This document shows positions 19,640 to 28,820 of a stretch of 64,000 nt of DNA, in pieces. Made by a program: the position numbers and the translations under genes. Position 1 is the first letter of the stretch, and the number at the start of each line of letters is the position of its first letter. Source of the stretch: Actinomycetes bacterium (lineage in GTDB: Bacteria; Actinomycetota; Acidimicrobiia; Acidimicrobiales; JAJYXR01); contig JAJYXR010000030.1 in NCBI GenBank assembly GCA_021801795.1, forward strand, positions 54,175 to 118,174. The letters run 5' to 3'. Below the pieces are notes generated by a model, which saw only the letters and a program-made list of their open reading frames with translations, did not search any database and had not been told where the DNA came from.

Positions 19640-20740
19640 TCAGGTCTCGGGAAGCCGCTGGAACGGTTTCGCTACGCCACCTTCAGGGATGACGGTACCA
19701 GGCCCGAGCACGGCATAGGGCCCGACAATCGCGTCCTGGCCGACCTCCGCCCTATCCGCGCTCGACTGGCGCACCACCGCGCGTTCGCCGACGACGGTGT
19801 CGATCAGGTGGCAGTCGGGTCCGAGCTCGGCACCCGCGCGCACCTCGGAGGAGCCCTGGAGGACCACCCCGGGCAGCAGGACGACATCTGGCTCGAGGAT
19901 CACAGAAGCGTCCACGTAGGTACGCTCGGGGTCCCACATGGTCACCCCGCTTCTCATCCAACGCTCGTTTATCCTGTCGCGCAGCTCCGCCTCCGCTATG
20001 GCGAGCTGAGCCCGGTCGTTCACGCCGGCAGCCTCCATGGGATCGTCCACCACCAGCGACTCCACCTGGTAGCCAGCATCGTGCAGCACCTCGTAGATCC
20101 CCGTCAGCGAGTGCTCTCCGGTCGGGCCCACCGGTCTCAAGCGCCTGAGCGCCGGTGCGAGAACCGCATGGCGGAAGCAGTGGATGGTGGTGGCCACCTC
20201 GTCGACACCTGCCACCGCGTCGCCCACCTCGGCATCCTCCACCACCCTCTCGACGCGATCGGAACGCTCCGAACGCACCACCCGGTCGTAGCCCGAGGGG
20301 TCGGCCAGCCTCGCGGTGAGGATGGTGGCGGCCGCCTGGCTGGCTCGATGGTGTCGCACCAGCGAGACCAGCGTGGTCGGTCGCACCAGCGGAGTGTCAC
20401 CGGGAAGGACCACCACGTCCCCGTCCAGGTCAGCCAGACCCTCCGGCAGGCCTGTGAGACCTACCGCGAGCGCGTCGGCAGTGCCCAGCCTGGAGGGCTG
20501 CTCCACGAACTCTATGGACATCCGATCCGGAGCGTGCTCGACGAGTGCCTTGGTCACCCAGTCGCCACGGTGGCCTACCACCACGACCACCTGGCGGACC
20601 GACACCTCGGCCAGCGCGTCGAGGACGTAGAGGAGCATCGGCCGGCCGCAGAGGCGGTGCAGGGGCTTCGGCCGGGTGGAGCGCATCCGGGTCCCCTCGC
20701 CAGCAGCCAGCAACACGGCACATAGCGGACGTTCTGCCAT
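19640..20740 (-). CDS. glmU: GlmU-like N-acetylglucosamine-1-phosphate uridyltransferase, C-terminally short
   Basis: LAAGEGTRMRS..PKPLH, Q..RLGTADA, GDTPL, GVNDRAQLA, GVTMWDP. Only a partial hexapeptide region. Confidence 0.8.
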   Translation of the reverse strand: MAERPLCAVLLAAGEGTRMRSTRPKPLHRLCGRPMLLYVLDALAEVSVRQVVVVVGHRGDWVTKALVEHAPDRMSIEFVEQPSRLGTADALAVGLTGLPEGLADLDGDVVVLPGDTPLVRPTTLVSLVRHHRASQAAATILTARLADPSGYDRVVRSERSDRVERVVEDAEVGDAVAGVDEVATTIHCFRHAVLAPALRRLRPVGPTGEHSLTGIYEVLHDAGYQVESLVVDDPMEAAGVNDRAQLAIAEAELRDRINERWMRSGVTMWDPERTYVDASVILEPDVVLLPGVVLQGSSEVRAGAELGPDCHLIDTVVGERAVVRQSSADRAEVGQDAIVGPYAVLGPGTVIPEGGVAKPFQRLPET

Positions 20741-20836
20741 GGGCACTATCCTCTCACCCGATGACCCCCCGATCGTGCATCCCCGTGCTATCTCACGGCG
20801 CCCCGCACGAACCGCTTGTAACCAGGCCCCGCTGAA

Positions 20837-22435
20837 GTGCCGGTCCTCCGCAGCTCCCTGGATTCTGCCTCGGACTCGTACGCGTCCAACCGGTCTTCAA
20901 TGCTCGAGGCCATCGAGGTGCTCGATGGCGAGCTGGCCCTCGCGAGAGCGGGCGGGGGGAGTCGATACGTAGAACGTCATCGCAGCCGCTCCAAGATGCT
21001 GGCGCGCGAGCGAATAGAGCTGCTCCTCGACCCTGACTCGCCATTCCTCGAGCTCTGCCCGCTGGCTGCCTGGGGCACCGAGTTCAATGTGGGCGCGAGC
21101 CTCGTCGCGGGCATCGGAGTGATCTCCGGCGTCGAGTGCCTGGTCTCTGCGAACGATCCCACCGTTCGGGGGGGATCGACGAACCCCTACACCATGCGCA
21201 AGTCGTCCCGATGTGCAGACATCGCACTCGAGAACCGGCTCCCCTCGGTGAACCTGGTGGAGTCCGGCGGAGCAGACCTGCCGAACCAGGCTGAGCTCTT
21301 CATCCCCGGCGGTCGCGGTTTTCGTGACCTCACCCAGCGCTCGGCTGCCGGCCTGCCGACCATCGCGCTGGTCTTCGGGAACTCCACCGCCGGGGGCGCC
21401 TACGTACCTGGTATGAGCGACTACATAGTGATGATCGACGGTAGGTCGAAGGTCTTCCTCGGGGGGCCGCCACTCGTGAAGATGGCTACCGGGGAGGAGT
21501 CCGGCGACGAGGAGCTCGGCGGCGCATCCATGCACGCGAGGGTGTCCGGGCTGGCCGACTTCCTGGCGACGGACGAGCTGGACGCCATACGGATCGGTCG
21601 CGACATAGTGGCCAGGCTGAACTGGTCCAAGCGCGGAAGCCCGCCCTCGATGCCCCCCGACGACCCCCTCTACGATCCCGAGGAGCTGCTGGGGATCGCC
21701 TCGGCCGACCTGCGAGTCCCATTCGACCCACGCGAGGTCCTGGCCAGGGTGGTGGACGGTTCGCGCTTCGACGAGTTCAAGCCGCTATATGGGACCAGCC
21801 TGGTCACCGGATGGGCCTCCATACACGGATACCCGATCGGGGTGCTCGCGAACCACAGGGGGGTGCTCTTCAACGAGGAGGCGAACAAGGCCACACAGTT
21901 CATCCAGCTGGCGAACCAGGTGGATGTCCCTCTTCTCTTCCTCCAGAACACCACTGGGTACATGGTCGGAAAGGAGTACGAACAGCGGGGCATCATCAAG
22001 GACGGGGCGAAGATGATCAATGCCGTGTCTAACTCGAAGGTGCCCCACCTCACCGTGAACATCGGTGCCTCCTACGGTGCAGGCAACTACGGTATGTGCG
22101 GCAGGGCCTACAACCCTCGATTCCTCTTCGCCTGGCCGAACGCCCGCTCGGCGGTGATGGGACCGACCCAGCTCGCAGGTGTGCTCTCGATCGTGGCCCG
22201 CCAGGCAGCCCAGTCGCGAAACGAGCCGTTCGACGAGGAGGCCGACGCAGCCATGCGCCAGGCAGTGGAGAGCCAGATCGAGGCAGAGTCGATGCCTCTC
22301 TACCTGAGCGCCCGGCTCTACGACGACGGGATCATCGACCCCCGTGACACCAGGCATGTCCTCGGGATGTGCCTCTCCGTCGTTCACAACACACCTATCC
22401 AGGGAACACGCGGATACGGCGTGTTCCGGATGTGA
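20837..22435 (+). CDS. Acyl-CoA carboxylase carboxyltransferase (beta) subunit, AtuC/AccD2-like
   Basis: RERIELLLDP, ANDPTVRGG, VESGGADL, STAGGAYVP, QNTTGYMVG, GYGVFRM. Confidence 0.92.
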   Translation: MPVLRSSLDSASDSYASNRSSMLEAIEVLDGELALARAGGGSRYVERHRSRSKMLARERIELLLDPDSPFLELCPLAAWGTEFNVGASLVAGIGVISGVECLVSANDPTVRGGSTNPYTMRKSSRCADIALENRLPSVNLVESGGADLPNQAELFIPGGRGFRDLTQRSAAGLPTIALVFGNSTAGGAYVPGMSDYIVMIDGRSKVFLGGPPLVKMATGEESGDEELGGASMHARVSGLADFLATDELDAIRIGRDIVARLNWSKRGSPPSMPPDDPLYDPEELLGIASADLRVPFDPREVLARVVDGSRFDEFKPLYGTSLVTGWASIHGYPIGVLANHRGVLFNEEANKATQFIQLANQVDVPLLFLQNTTGYMVGKEYEQRGIIKDGAKMINAVSNSKVPHLTVNIGASYGAGNYGMCGRAYNPRFLFAWPNARSAVMGPTQLAGVLSIVARQAAQSRNEPFDEEADAAMRQAVESQIEAESMPLYLSARLYDDGIIDPRDTRHVLGMCLSVVHNTPIQGTRGYGVFRM

Positions 22436-22442
22436 GCCAGCC

Positions 22443-24569
22443 ATGATCACGAAACTTCTCGTGGCGAACCGAGGCGAGATCGCCCGCAGGGTGATCCGCA
22501 GCGCGCACGCCATGGGCATCCAGTGCGTCGCGGTCTACTCGGATGCCGACTCATCTGCTCCCCATGTCCGGGAAGCCGACCAGGCCGTGCGCCTCCCCGG
22601 CTACGGGGCTACCGACACCTACCTGAGGAGCGATCTGCTGGTTCGCGCCGCCCTCATGACCGGCGCGGATGCAATCCACCCTGGTTACGGGTTCCTCTCC
22701 GAGGATGCCCAGTTCGCGAGGGAGTGCACCCGGTCAGGGCTGGCCTTCGTGGGTCCCCCTGCAGACGTGATCGAGGCCATGGGCTCCAAGCTGAACGCGA
22801 AGGCTGCCATGGCTGCAGCAGGGGTGCCTGTGCTCGGCACGGTAGAGCTCCCAGCCCCGTCGCTCGGGGCTGGGGCTGGGGTGGCCGAGGTGCCGCGTGG
22901 GCTAATGGACGAGGTAGCTGCCCTGGGCTGGCCGGTGCTGGTGAAGGCCTCGGCAGGGGGCGGCGGGCGCGGGATGCGCGTCGTGGAGAGGGCTGCGGAT
23001 CTGGCTGCTGCCCTGGAAGGCGCTTCTCGCGAAGCCTCCTCCGCCTTCGGCGACGGGACTGTCTTCATAGAGCCATACGTGCTCGACCCGCGCCACATCG
23101 AAGTTCAGATAGTCGGCGACACCCACGGGAACGTCGTCCATCTGTTCGAGCGGGAGTGCTCCATACAGCGCCGCCACCAGAAGATCGTCGAGGAATGCCC
23201 TGCGGCGGGCCTGGACAGCGATACCAGGGATCGGCTCACCGAGGCGGCCATCACCGTCGCACGGACGATCGGGTACATAGGGGCGGGAACCGTGGAGTTC
23301 CTGCTGGCTCCCGATGGGAGGATCGCCTTTCTGGAGGTGAACACCCGGCTGCAGGTAGAGCATCCCGTGACGGAGGCCGTGACGGGTATCGACCTCGTAC
23401 GGCTCCAGCTCCTGGTAGCCGAAGGAGCTCCGCTGCCCCCCGAGGTGATGCACCCCACCGTGGCCGGACACGCCATAGAGGTCCGTCTCTACGCGGAGGA
23501 CCCGACTCGGTCATGGCAACCCTCTGCAGGGCACCTCGACCGATTCATGCTCCAGGGCTCGCAGTTCGCGACTCCGACTCCGGGAATGCCGGGCGTGCGG
23601 GTCGACGCGGGCTTCGCCGAGGGCACCGACGTGAGCCCCTACTACGACCCGATGCTCGCGAAGGTGATCTCCCACGCACCCAGCCGTGGAGAGGCCGCCC
23701 GGCTGCTCGCGCAGGCACTGCGACGCTCCCGCATCCATGGGGTGAGCACGAACAGGGATCTCCTGGTGCGGATACTCGAGCACCCGGAGTTCCTGGACGG
23801 CCGTATAGACACTGGCTTCCTCGTGCGACATGATCCCGCCGCCCTCGGAGCACCACTGGCGTCAGAGGAGGCCGAGCTCTTGCATGCGCAGGCCGCAGCG
23901 CTTGCGCTACAGGCGAGCCATCGGGCGAGCGCTCCAGTGCTGAGGCCTATGCCCTCTGGGTGGCGCAATAACCCTAACGGCCCCGCCAAGGTCTCCTTCG
24001 AGGGCCACCACGGTGCCATCGAGGTGGAGTACGGCTTTGACCGATCCGGGCGGAGCAACCACCTGAGAGCAGTCCTCTCGGCCCCGCACAGTCGCTCGGC
24101 CACCCACACACCAGCCAGTCCCGAAAGCCTAGGAGCAGCGGGTGTGGGAGAGGGCGGTGTGGGAGAGGGCGGTGCAACGGTCCTGGAGTGCACCCCTGAC
24201 GAGGTGGCGATGGAGATCGGAGGCGTGCGGACCCGCTTCGAGGTCCAGCAGGTAGACGGGGTTGCCTACGTCGACTCACCGCTCGGCTCCTCAGTGCTTC
24301 GCGTGATCGAGCGTTTCAGGCTGCCAGAGTCCCAGGGAGCTGCAGGGTCTCTGGCGGCCCCCCTGCCTGGAACGGTGGTGAAGGTGGCGGTCGACCCTGG
24401 CCAGGCAGTCGAGGCAGGCGACCTCCTGGTGGTCATCGAGGCGATGAAGATGGAGCACGAGGTATCGGCTCCGCGCTCAGGGATCGTCTCGGCAGTTCGC
24501 GTCGAGCAGGGCCACCAGGTCGAACCTGGCGAGGTCCTGGTGGTGATAGACGCCGAGGAGGGCTCATGA
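22443..24569 (+). CDS. Acyl-CoA carboxylase alpha subunit (biotin carboxylase plus BCCP), AtuF/AccA2-like
   Basis: LVANRGEIA, HPGYGFLSE, GGGGRGMR, RECSIQRRHQK, EVNTRLQVEHPVTE, EAMKME. Confidence 0.93.
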   Translation: MITKLLVANRGEIARRVIRSAHAMGIQCVAVYSDADSSAPHVREADQAVRLPGYGATDTYLRSDLLVRAALMTGADAIHPGYGFLSEDAQFARECTRSGLAFVGPPADVIEAMGSKLNAKAAMAAAGVPVLGTVELPAPSLGAGAGVAEVPRGLMDEVAALGWPVLVKASAGGGGRGMRVVERAADLAAALEGASREASSAFGDGTVFIEPYVLDPRHIEVQIVGDTHGNVVHLFERECSIQRRHQKIVEECPAAGLDSDTRDRLTEAAITVARTIGYIGAGTVEFLLAPDGRIAFLEVNTRLQVEHPVTEAVTGIDLVRLQLLVAEGAPLPPEVMHPTVAGHAIEVRLYAEDPTRSWQPSAGHLDRFMLQGSQFATPTPGMPGVRVDAGFAEGTDVSPYYDPMLAKVISHAPSRGEAARLLAQALRRSRIHGVSTNRDLLVRILEHPEFLDGRIDTGFLVRHDPAALGAPLASEEAELLHAQAAALALQASHRASAPVLRPMPSGWRNNPNGPAKVSFEGHHGAIEVEYGFDRSGRSNHLRAVLSAPHSRSATHTPASPESLGAAGVGEGGVGEGGATVLECTPDEVAMEIGGVRTRFEVQQVDGVAYVDSPLGSSVLRVIERFRLPESQGAAGSLAAPLPGTVVKVAVDPGQAVEAGDLLVVIEAMKMEHEVSAPRSGIVSAVRVEQGHQVEPGEVLVVIDAEEGS

Positions 24570-24630
24570 CCCAGCTGAAGCACCCGTCCACCCCGACCAG
24601 CCGGTACCTTCCCCCAGGCCCGGTGTGCAG

Positions 24631-26472
24631 GTGAGCGAGGTCCTGCGTATCGCGAACTGCTCCGGCTTCTATGGCGACAGGATGGCTGCCGCCAGGGAGA
24701 TGGTGGAGGGCGGTCCGATAGACGTCCTGACGGGTGATTACCTGGCGGAGCTCACCATGCTCATCCTCTGGAAATCCGCCCAGCGCGACCCGGAACGTTC
24801 GTACGCGACCACCTTCTACCGTCAGATGGAGCAGGTACTGGGAACCTGCGTCGAACGGGGGATAAAGGTGGTGGCGAACGCCGGGGGCCTGAACCCGGGA
24901 AAGCTGGCCGACCGGCTTAGGTCGCTCGCCGCAGAGCTGGGCATAGAGGTGAAGGTCGCCCACGTGGAAGGAGACGACATCCTCGGCAGCATCGAAAAGC
25001 TCCAGGCCGGAGGCGAGGAGCTGTCCCATCTGGACACCGGAGCTCCACTGGCAGAGGCAGGATCGCCACCCGTCACGGCCAACGCATACCTAGGGGGATT
25101 CGCTATAGCCGAAGCGCTGGCTGGTGGGGCCGACGTGGTGGTTACCGGGAGGGTCACCGACGCGGCCCTCGTGATCGGGCCTTCCATATGGCGATTCGGT
25201 TGGCAGCGCTCCGACCTGGACCAGCTGGCTGGCGCCGTGGTGGCTGGACACGTCATCGAGTGTGGTGCCCAGGCTACCGGCGGTAACTACGCGTTCTTCG
25301 AAGAGGTGCGCTCGCTCGAGCATCCCGGCTTCCCCATTGCCGAGATGCACCCTGACGGGTCATGTGTGATCACGAAGCACCCCGGTACCGGTGGGATGGT
25401 ATCGGTGGGAACGGTCACAGCACAGCTCCTCTACGAGATCTCCGGACCCCTCTACGCGAATCCCGACGTGGTGGCGGACTTCTCCACCATCAGGCTCGCC
25501 CAAGACGGACCTGACCGCGTGTCGATCAGTGGCACCCGTGGCCTCACGGCTCCCCAGAAGGTGAAGGTGGCCGTGAACCTCTTCGGAGGGTGGAGGAACT
25601 CCATGACCTTCGTGCTCACCGGTCTCGATATCGAGCGCAAGGCCGACCTCGTCACCAGGAGTCTCGAGCAGGCTCTCGGTGGGCCCGAAGGCTTCGGCTC
25701 CTTCGACGTGAACCTTCTGCGCACCGACCGCCCTGACGCGCAGACCCAGGCCCAGGCAAGCGCCGAGCTCAGGATCACGGTGAAGGACGCCGATCGGGAG
25801 AAGGTCGGACGGTCTTTCTCCTCCGCTGTGACCGAGCTCGCCCTGTCCAGTTACCCAGGCCTTCACCTCACCTCGCCACCTGCAGATGCGGCTGCCTATG
25901 GGGTCTACTGGCCGGCTCTCGTGCCCGCATGGGCCGTCGACCAGGTGGTGGTGCACCATGACGGGCGAAGGGTTCGAGTCCCGGTCCTTCCGGATGCCAC
26001 GGCACCGCTTCCGATCGCCACAGGCATCTTCGCCGGAGCAGCCAGCGGGATCCCTGCAGGTGGAGCCGGCGCAGGTGGAGCCGGCGCTCACCCACCTGGC
26101 TCCGTTATACGGGCACCACTTGGCCTGATAGCGGGTGCCAGATCAGGGGACAAGGGGGGGAATGCGAACGTGGGCTTCTGGGTCCGCTCAGAGGAGGAGT
26201 ACGCCTGGCTCGCGGAGGAGCTCACGGTGAAGCGATTTCGCGAGCTGCTGGAAGAGGCGCGGGACCTGGTGGTGGACCGATACGAGCTGCCGAACCTCCT
26301 CGCCATGAACTTCGTGGTGCGGGGTCTGCTGGGCGAGGGAGTGGCCTCCTCCACCCGACCTGACCCCCAGGCCAAGGCGCTCGGCGAGTACCTCCGGTCG
26401 CGCCTGGTGGACATCCCCGCGGCCCTCTGCGAAGCGCGTCGGCATCCGGAACAACGGACTGATAAGGAGTAG
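24631..26472 (+). CDS. atuA: Acyclic terpene utilization AtuA family protein
   Basis: RIANCSGFYGDR, DYLAELTM, GRVTDA, GHVIECG.QATGGNY, ARSGDKGG.ANVG. Confidence 0.9.
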   Translation: MSEVLRIANCSGFYGDRMAAAREMVEGGPIDVLTGDYLAELTMLILWKSAQRDPERSYATTFYRQMEQVLGTCVERGIKVVANAGGLNPGKLADRLRSLAAELGIEVKVAHVEGDDILGSIEKLQAGGEELSHLDTGAPLAEAGSPPVTANAYLGGFAIAEALAGGADVVVTGRVTDAALVIGPSIWRFGWQRSDLDQLAGAVVAGHVIECGAQATGGNYAFFEEVRSLEHPGFPIAEMHPDGSCVITKHPGTGGMVSVGTVTAQLLYEISGPLYANPDVVADFSTIRLAQDGPDRVSISGTRGLTAPQKVKVAVNLFGGWRNSMTFVLTGLDIERKADLVTRSLEQALGGPEGFGSFDVNLLRTDRPDAQTQAQASAELRITVKDADREKVGRSFSSAVTELALSSYPGLHLTSPPADAAAYGVYWPALVPAWAVDQVVVHHDGRRVRVPVLPDATAPLPIATGIFAGAASGIPAGGAGAGGAGAHPPGSVIRAPLGLIAGARSGDKGGNANVGFWVRSEEEYAWLAEELTVKRFRELLEEARDLVVDRYELPNLLAMNFVVRGLLGEGVASSTRPDPQAKALGEYLRSRLVDIPAALCEARRHPEQRTDKE

Positions 26473-26474
26473 GA

Positions 26475-27638
26475 GTGGACTTCAGACCCACTGAAGAGCA
26501 GCAGATGCTCCGCGATGCGGTGGCATCCATCGCCGGCCGGTACGGACATGGCTACTACGTCGAGCGGGCTCGGGCAGGCCAGAAGGCCGACGAGCTCTGG
26601 AACGAGCTCGGGCAGGCCGGATACCTGGGCGTAAACGTCCCCGAGGCCTATGGCGGGGGCGGGATGGGCATCAGCGAGCTAGCGATAGTCGTCGAGGAAC
26701 TGGCACACGCTGGCTGCCCTCTCCTGCTCCTCGTGGTCTCCCCCGCCATCTGCGCGACGATCATCGCTCGCTTCGGCAGCGAAGCCCAGAAGGAACGCTG
26801 GCTTCCCCGTTTCGCGACCGCAGAGCTGAAGATGGCATTCGCCATCACCGAGCCCGATGCCGGATCGAACTCCCACCTGATATCCACTACGGCCTCGCGT
26901 GACGGTGACGTCTACAGGCTGAACGGGACGAAGTACTACATATCGGGATGCGACGAGGCCGAGGCGGTCCTCGTGGTGACCAGGACCGGAACCGATCCTG
27001 ACACCGGCAGGGGAAGGCTGTCGCTCTTCGTGGTGGACCTCGACACCCCTGGCATCGAGATGACCCTCATTCCCGTGGAGATCGTGGCCCCCGAGAAGCA
27101 GTTCACCCTCTTCTTCGACGACGTCGTCGTGCCAGCCGACCGCCTGCTGGGGGTAGAGGGTGATGGTCTTCGCCAGGTCTTCTTCGGCCTGAACCCAGAG
27201 CGGATCATTACAGCGGCTACCGCGAGTGGCATCGGGCGTTACGCTCTCGACAAGGCCTCGGCATATGCCCGGGATCGCTCCGTATGGGGAGCGCCGATCG
27301 GCACCCATCAGGGACTCTCGCACCCGCTGGCCAAAGCGAAGGTGGACGTAGAGCTGGCACGGCTAATGTGTGCGAAGGCGGCCTGGGCATACGACTCGGG
27401 CGCCGATGCCGGCCAAGCCGGTGAGGCCGCGAACATGGCCAAGTACGCTGCCGCCGAAGCCGCTCTGGCCGCCCTCGACCAGGCGATACAGACGCACGGC
27501 GGTAACGGCCTGTCCTCGGAGTACGGCCTGGCCGACCTCTGGGGAATGGCCAGGCTGATGCGGACTGCGCCGGTAAGCCGCGAGATGATCCTGAACTTCG
27601 TCGCACAGCACTCCCTTGGCCTACCCCGCTCGTACTGA
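26475..27638 (+). CDS. Acyl-CoA dehydrogenase (FadE12-like)
   Basis: FAITEPDAGSN, NGTKYYISG, GLNPERI, AIQTHGGNG, APVSREM; AAGGAG RBS. Confidence 0.92.
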   Translation: MDFRPTEEQQMLRDAVASIAGRYGHGYYVERARAGQKADELWNELGQAGYLGVNVPEAYGGGGMGISELAIVVEELAHAGCPLLLLVVSPAICATIIARFGSEAQKERWLPRFATAELKMAFAITEPDAGSNSHLISTTASRDGDVYRLNGTKYYISGCDEAEAVLVVTRTGTDPDTGRGRLSLFVVDLDTPGIEMTLIPVEIVAPEKQFTLFFDDVVVPADRLLGVEGDGLRQVFFGLNPERIITAATASGIGRYALDKASAYARDRSVWGAPIGTHQGLSHPLAKAKVDVELARLMCAKAAWAYDSGADAGQAGEAANMAKYAAAEAALAALDQAIQTHGGNGLSSEYGLADLWGMARLMRTAPVSREMILNFVAQHSLGLPRSY

Positions 27639-27760
27639 GCATCCTCCAGCTGGATCATCGCACCGGTTCGGGCCGCGTGGAGTCTCGGCCGGGACTGGTG
27701 GATAATGGCTCCGGGCAAGACCGGCGAGCAGGCGCGCGCCCGGCCCTAGGGGAGTGCCGG

Positions 27761-28684
27761 ATGACTGGATTACCGAGGTCACGTAAGGGGACGAGGGGGC
27801 GGGTAGGCCCACTCGAGCTGTCGGTCGTCCTCGCCTGCGTGCTGTGCCTCGTGGCGGGTGTGGACATGGTCTCCTCCGGCGCTGGGACGAGGGTGCTCGG
27901 CACTCACCCGCTGGATGTCACTCCGGTGAACGACACCACGGCTCCGAAGGGCCCGCGTGTGCACATGCTCCTGGCAGGCGGCTCCGAGGCGGAGACGCTC
28001 GGCTGGGGCCTCACGGTAGACGGTCCGAAGTGGGGCGTGGACATGAAGGACTACGCGCTGGTCGGCTGCGGCGTGACCCGCGCCACACCGATCGACTACG
28101 GCGGGGTGCGCTCCCCCACGCAGCCCTACTGCCAGGACTGGCCTCAGACCTACGCACACGACGTGGCTGTCTTCCATCCCAAGGTCTCCCTGTTGCTGGT
28201 GGGCAGATGGGAGTCGGCCGACGCCTACTGGGACGGTCACTGGACCGACATCGAGCACCCGGGCTACGCAGCTTACGTCGCGAGCCAGCTCGAGCTCGCC
28301 GTGAAGGTGCTCTCCGCCGGTGGTGCGAAGGTGGCCCTGCTAACCGCGCCCTACACAGCCTGGAAAACAGAACCATTCGAGCCGCCTGGCACCGAGTGCT
28401 CACCGGGCTGTAACCGTCACTTCTCGGAGAACGACCCTAACCGGATAAACCGGTTCAACCAGATCCTTGCCGGGGTGGCGGCCAAGTTCCCCGGCACGGC
28501 CACGCTGATCGACTTCGGCGCCCATGTGGATCCGGGCGGCAAGTACTCCGAGTACATAGACGGAGTCCAGGTGCGCGACGCGGATGGCATCCACTTCACC
28601 ATTCCAGCCGGCGGGGAATGGGTGGCGCCTTGGCTCTACCCGAAGCTGCTCGCCATGATCGCGCCAGGGAACCAGCCAGGGTAG
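27761..28684 (+). CDS. Membrane-anchored or secreted SGNH hydrolase domain protein
   Basis: N-terminal hydrophobic helix; GGS block I (GDS-like), GCG, GRWE, DGIHF block V. Confidence 0.7.
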   Translation: MTGLPRSRKGTRGRVGPLELSVVLACVLCLVAGVDMVSSGAGTRVLGTHPLDVTPVNDTTAPKGPRVHMLLAGGSEAETLGWGLTVDGPKWGVDMKDYALVGCGVTRATPIDYGGVRSPTQPYCQDWPQTYAHDVAVFHPKVSLLLVGRWESADAYWDGHWTDIEHPGYAAYVASQLELAVKVLSAGGAKVALLTAPYTAWKTEPFEPPGTECSPGCNRHFSENDPNRINRFNQILAGVAAKFPGTATLIDFGAHVDPGGKYSEYIDGVQVRDADGIHFTIPAGGEWVAPWLYPKLLAMIAPGNQPG

Positions 28685-28820
28685 CCGTTCTCATGTGGAT
28701 GGGGCAGGAGCCGCTCGGTCTCCAGCTGGCAGGACCGGTTGCCATTCTCGGAGATTTCGCACCACTCGGATGGCATCGGTCCAGGAGCATGCACGCGCAC
28801 CTGTGGCAAGCTGGTGCTCG

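Noticed and set aside
18690-19640. IS or prophage remnant
   Set aside because: No transposase or integrase motifs, terminal inverted repeats or target duplication were found; kept only as an orphan insertion.
20747-20836. tRNA-Gln often found upstream of actinobacterial glmU
   Set aside because: No cloverleaf or TTCGA T-loop is visible in this gap.
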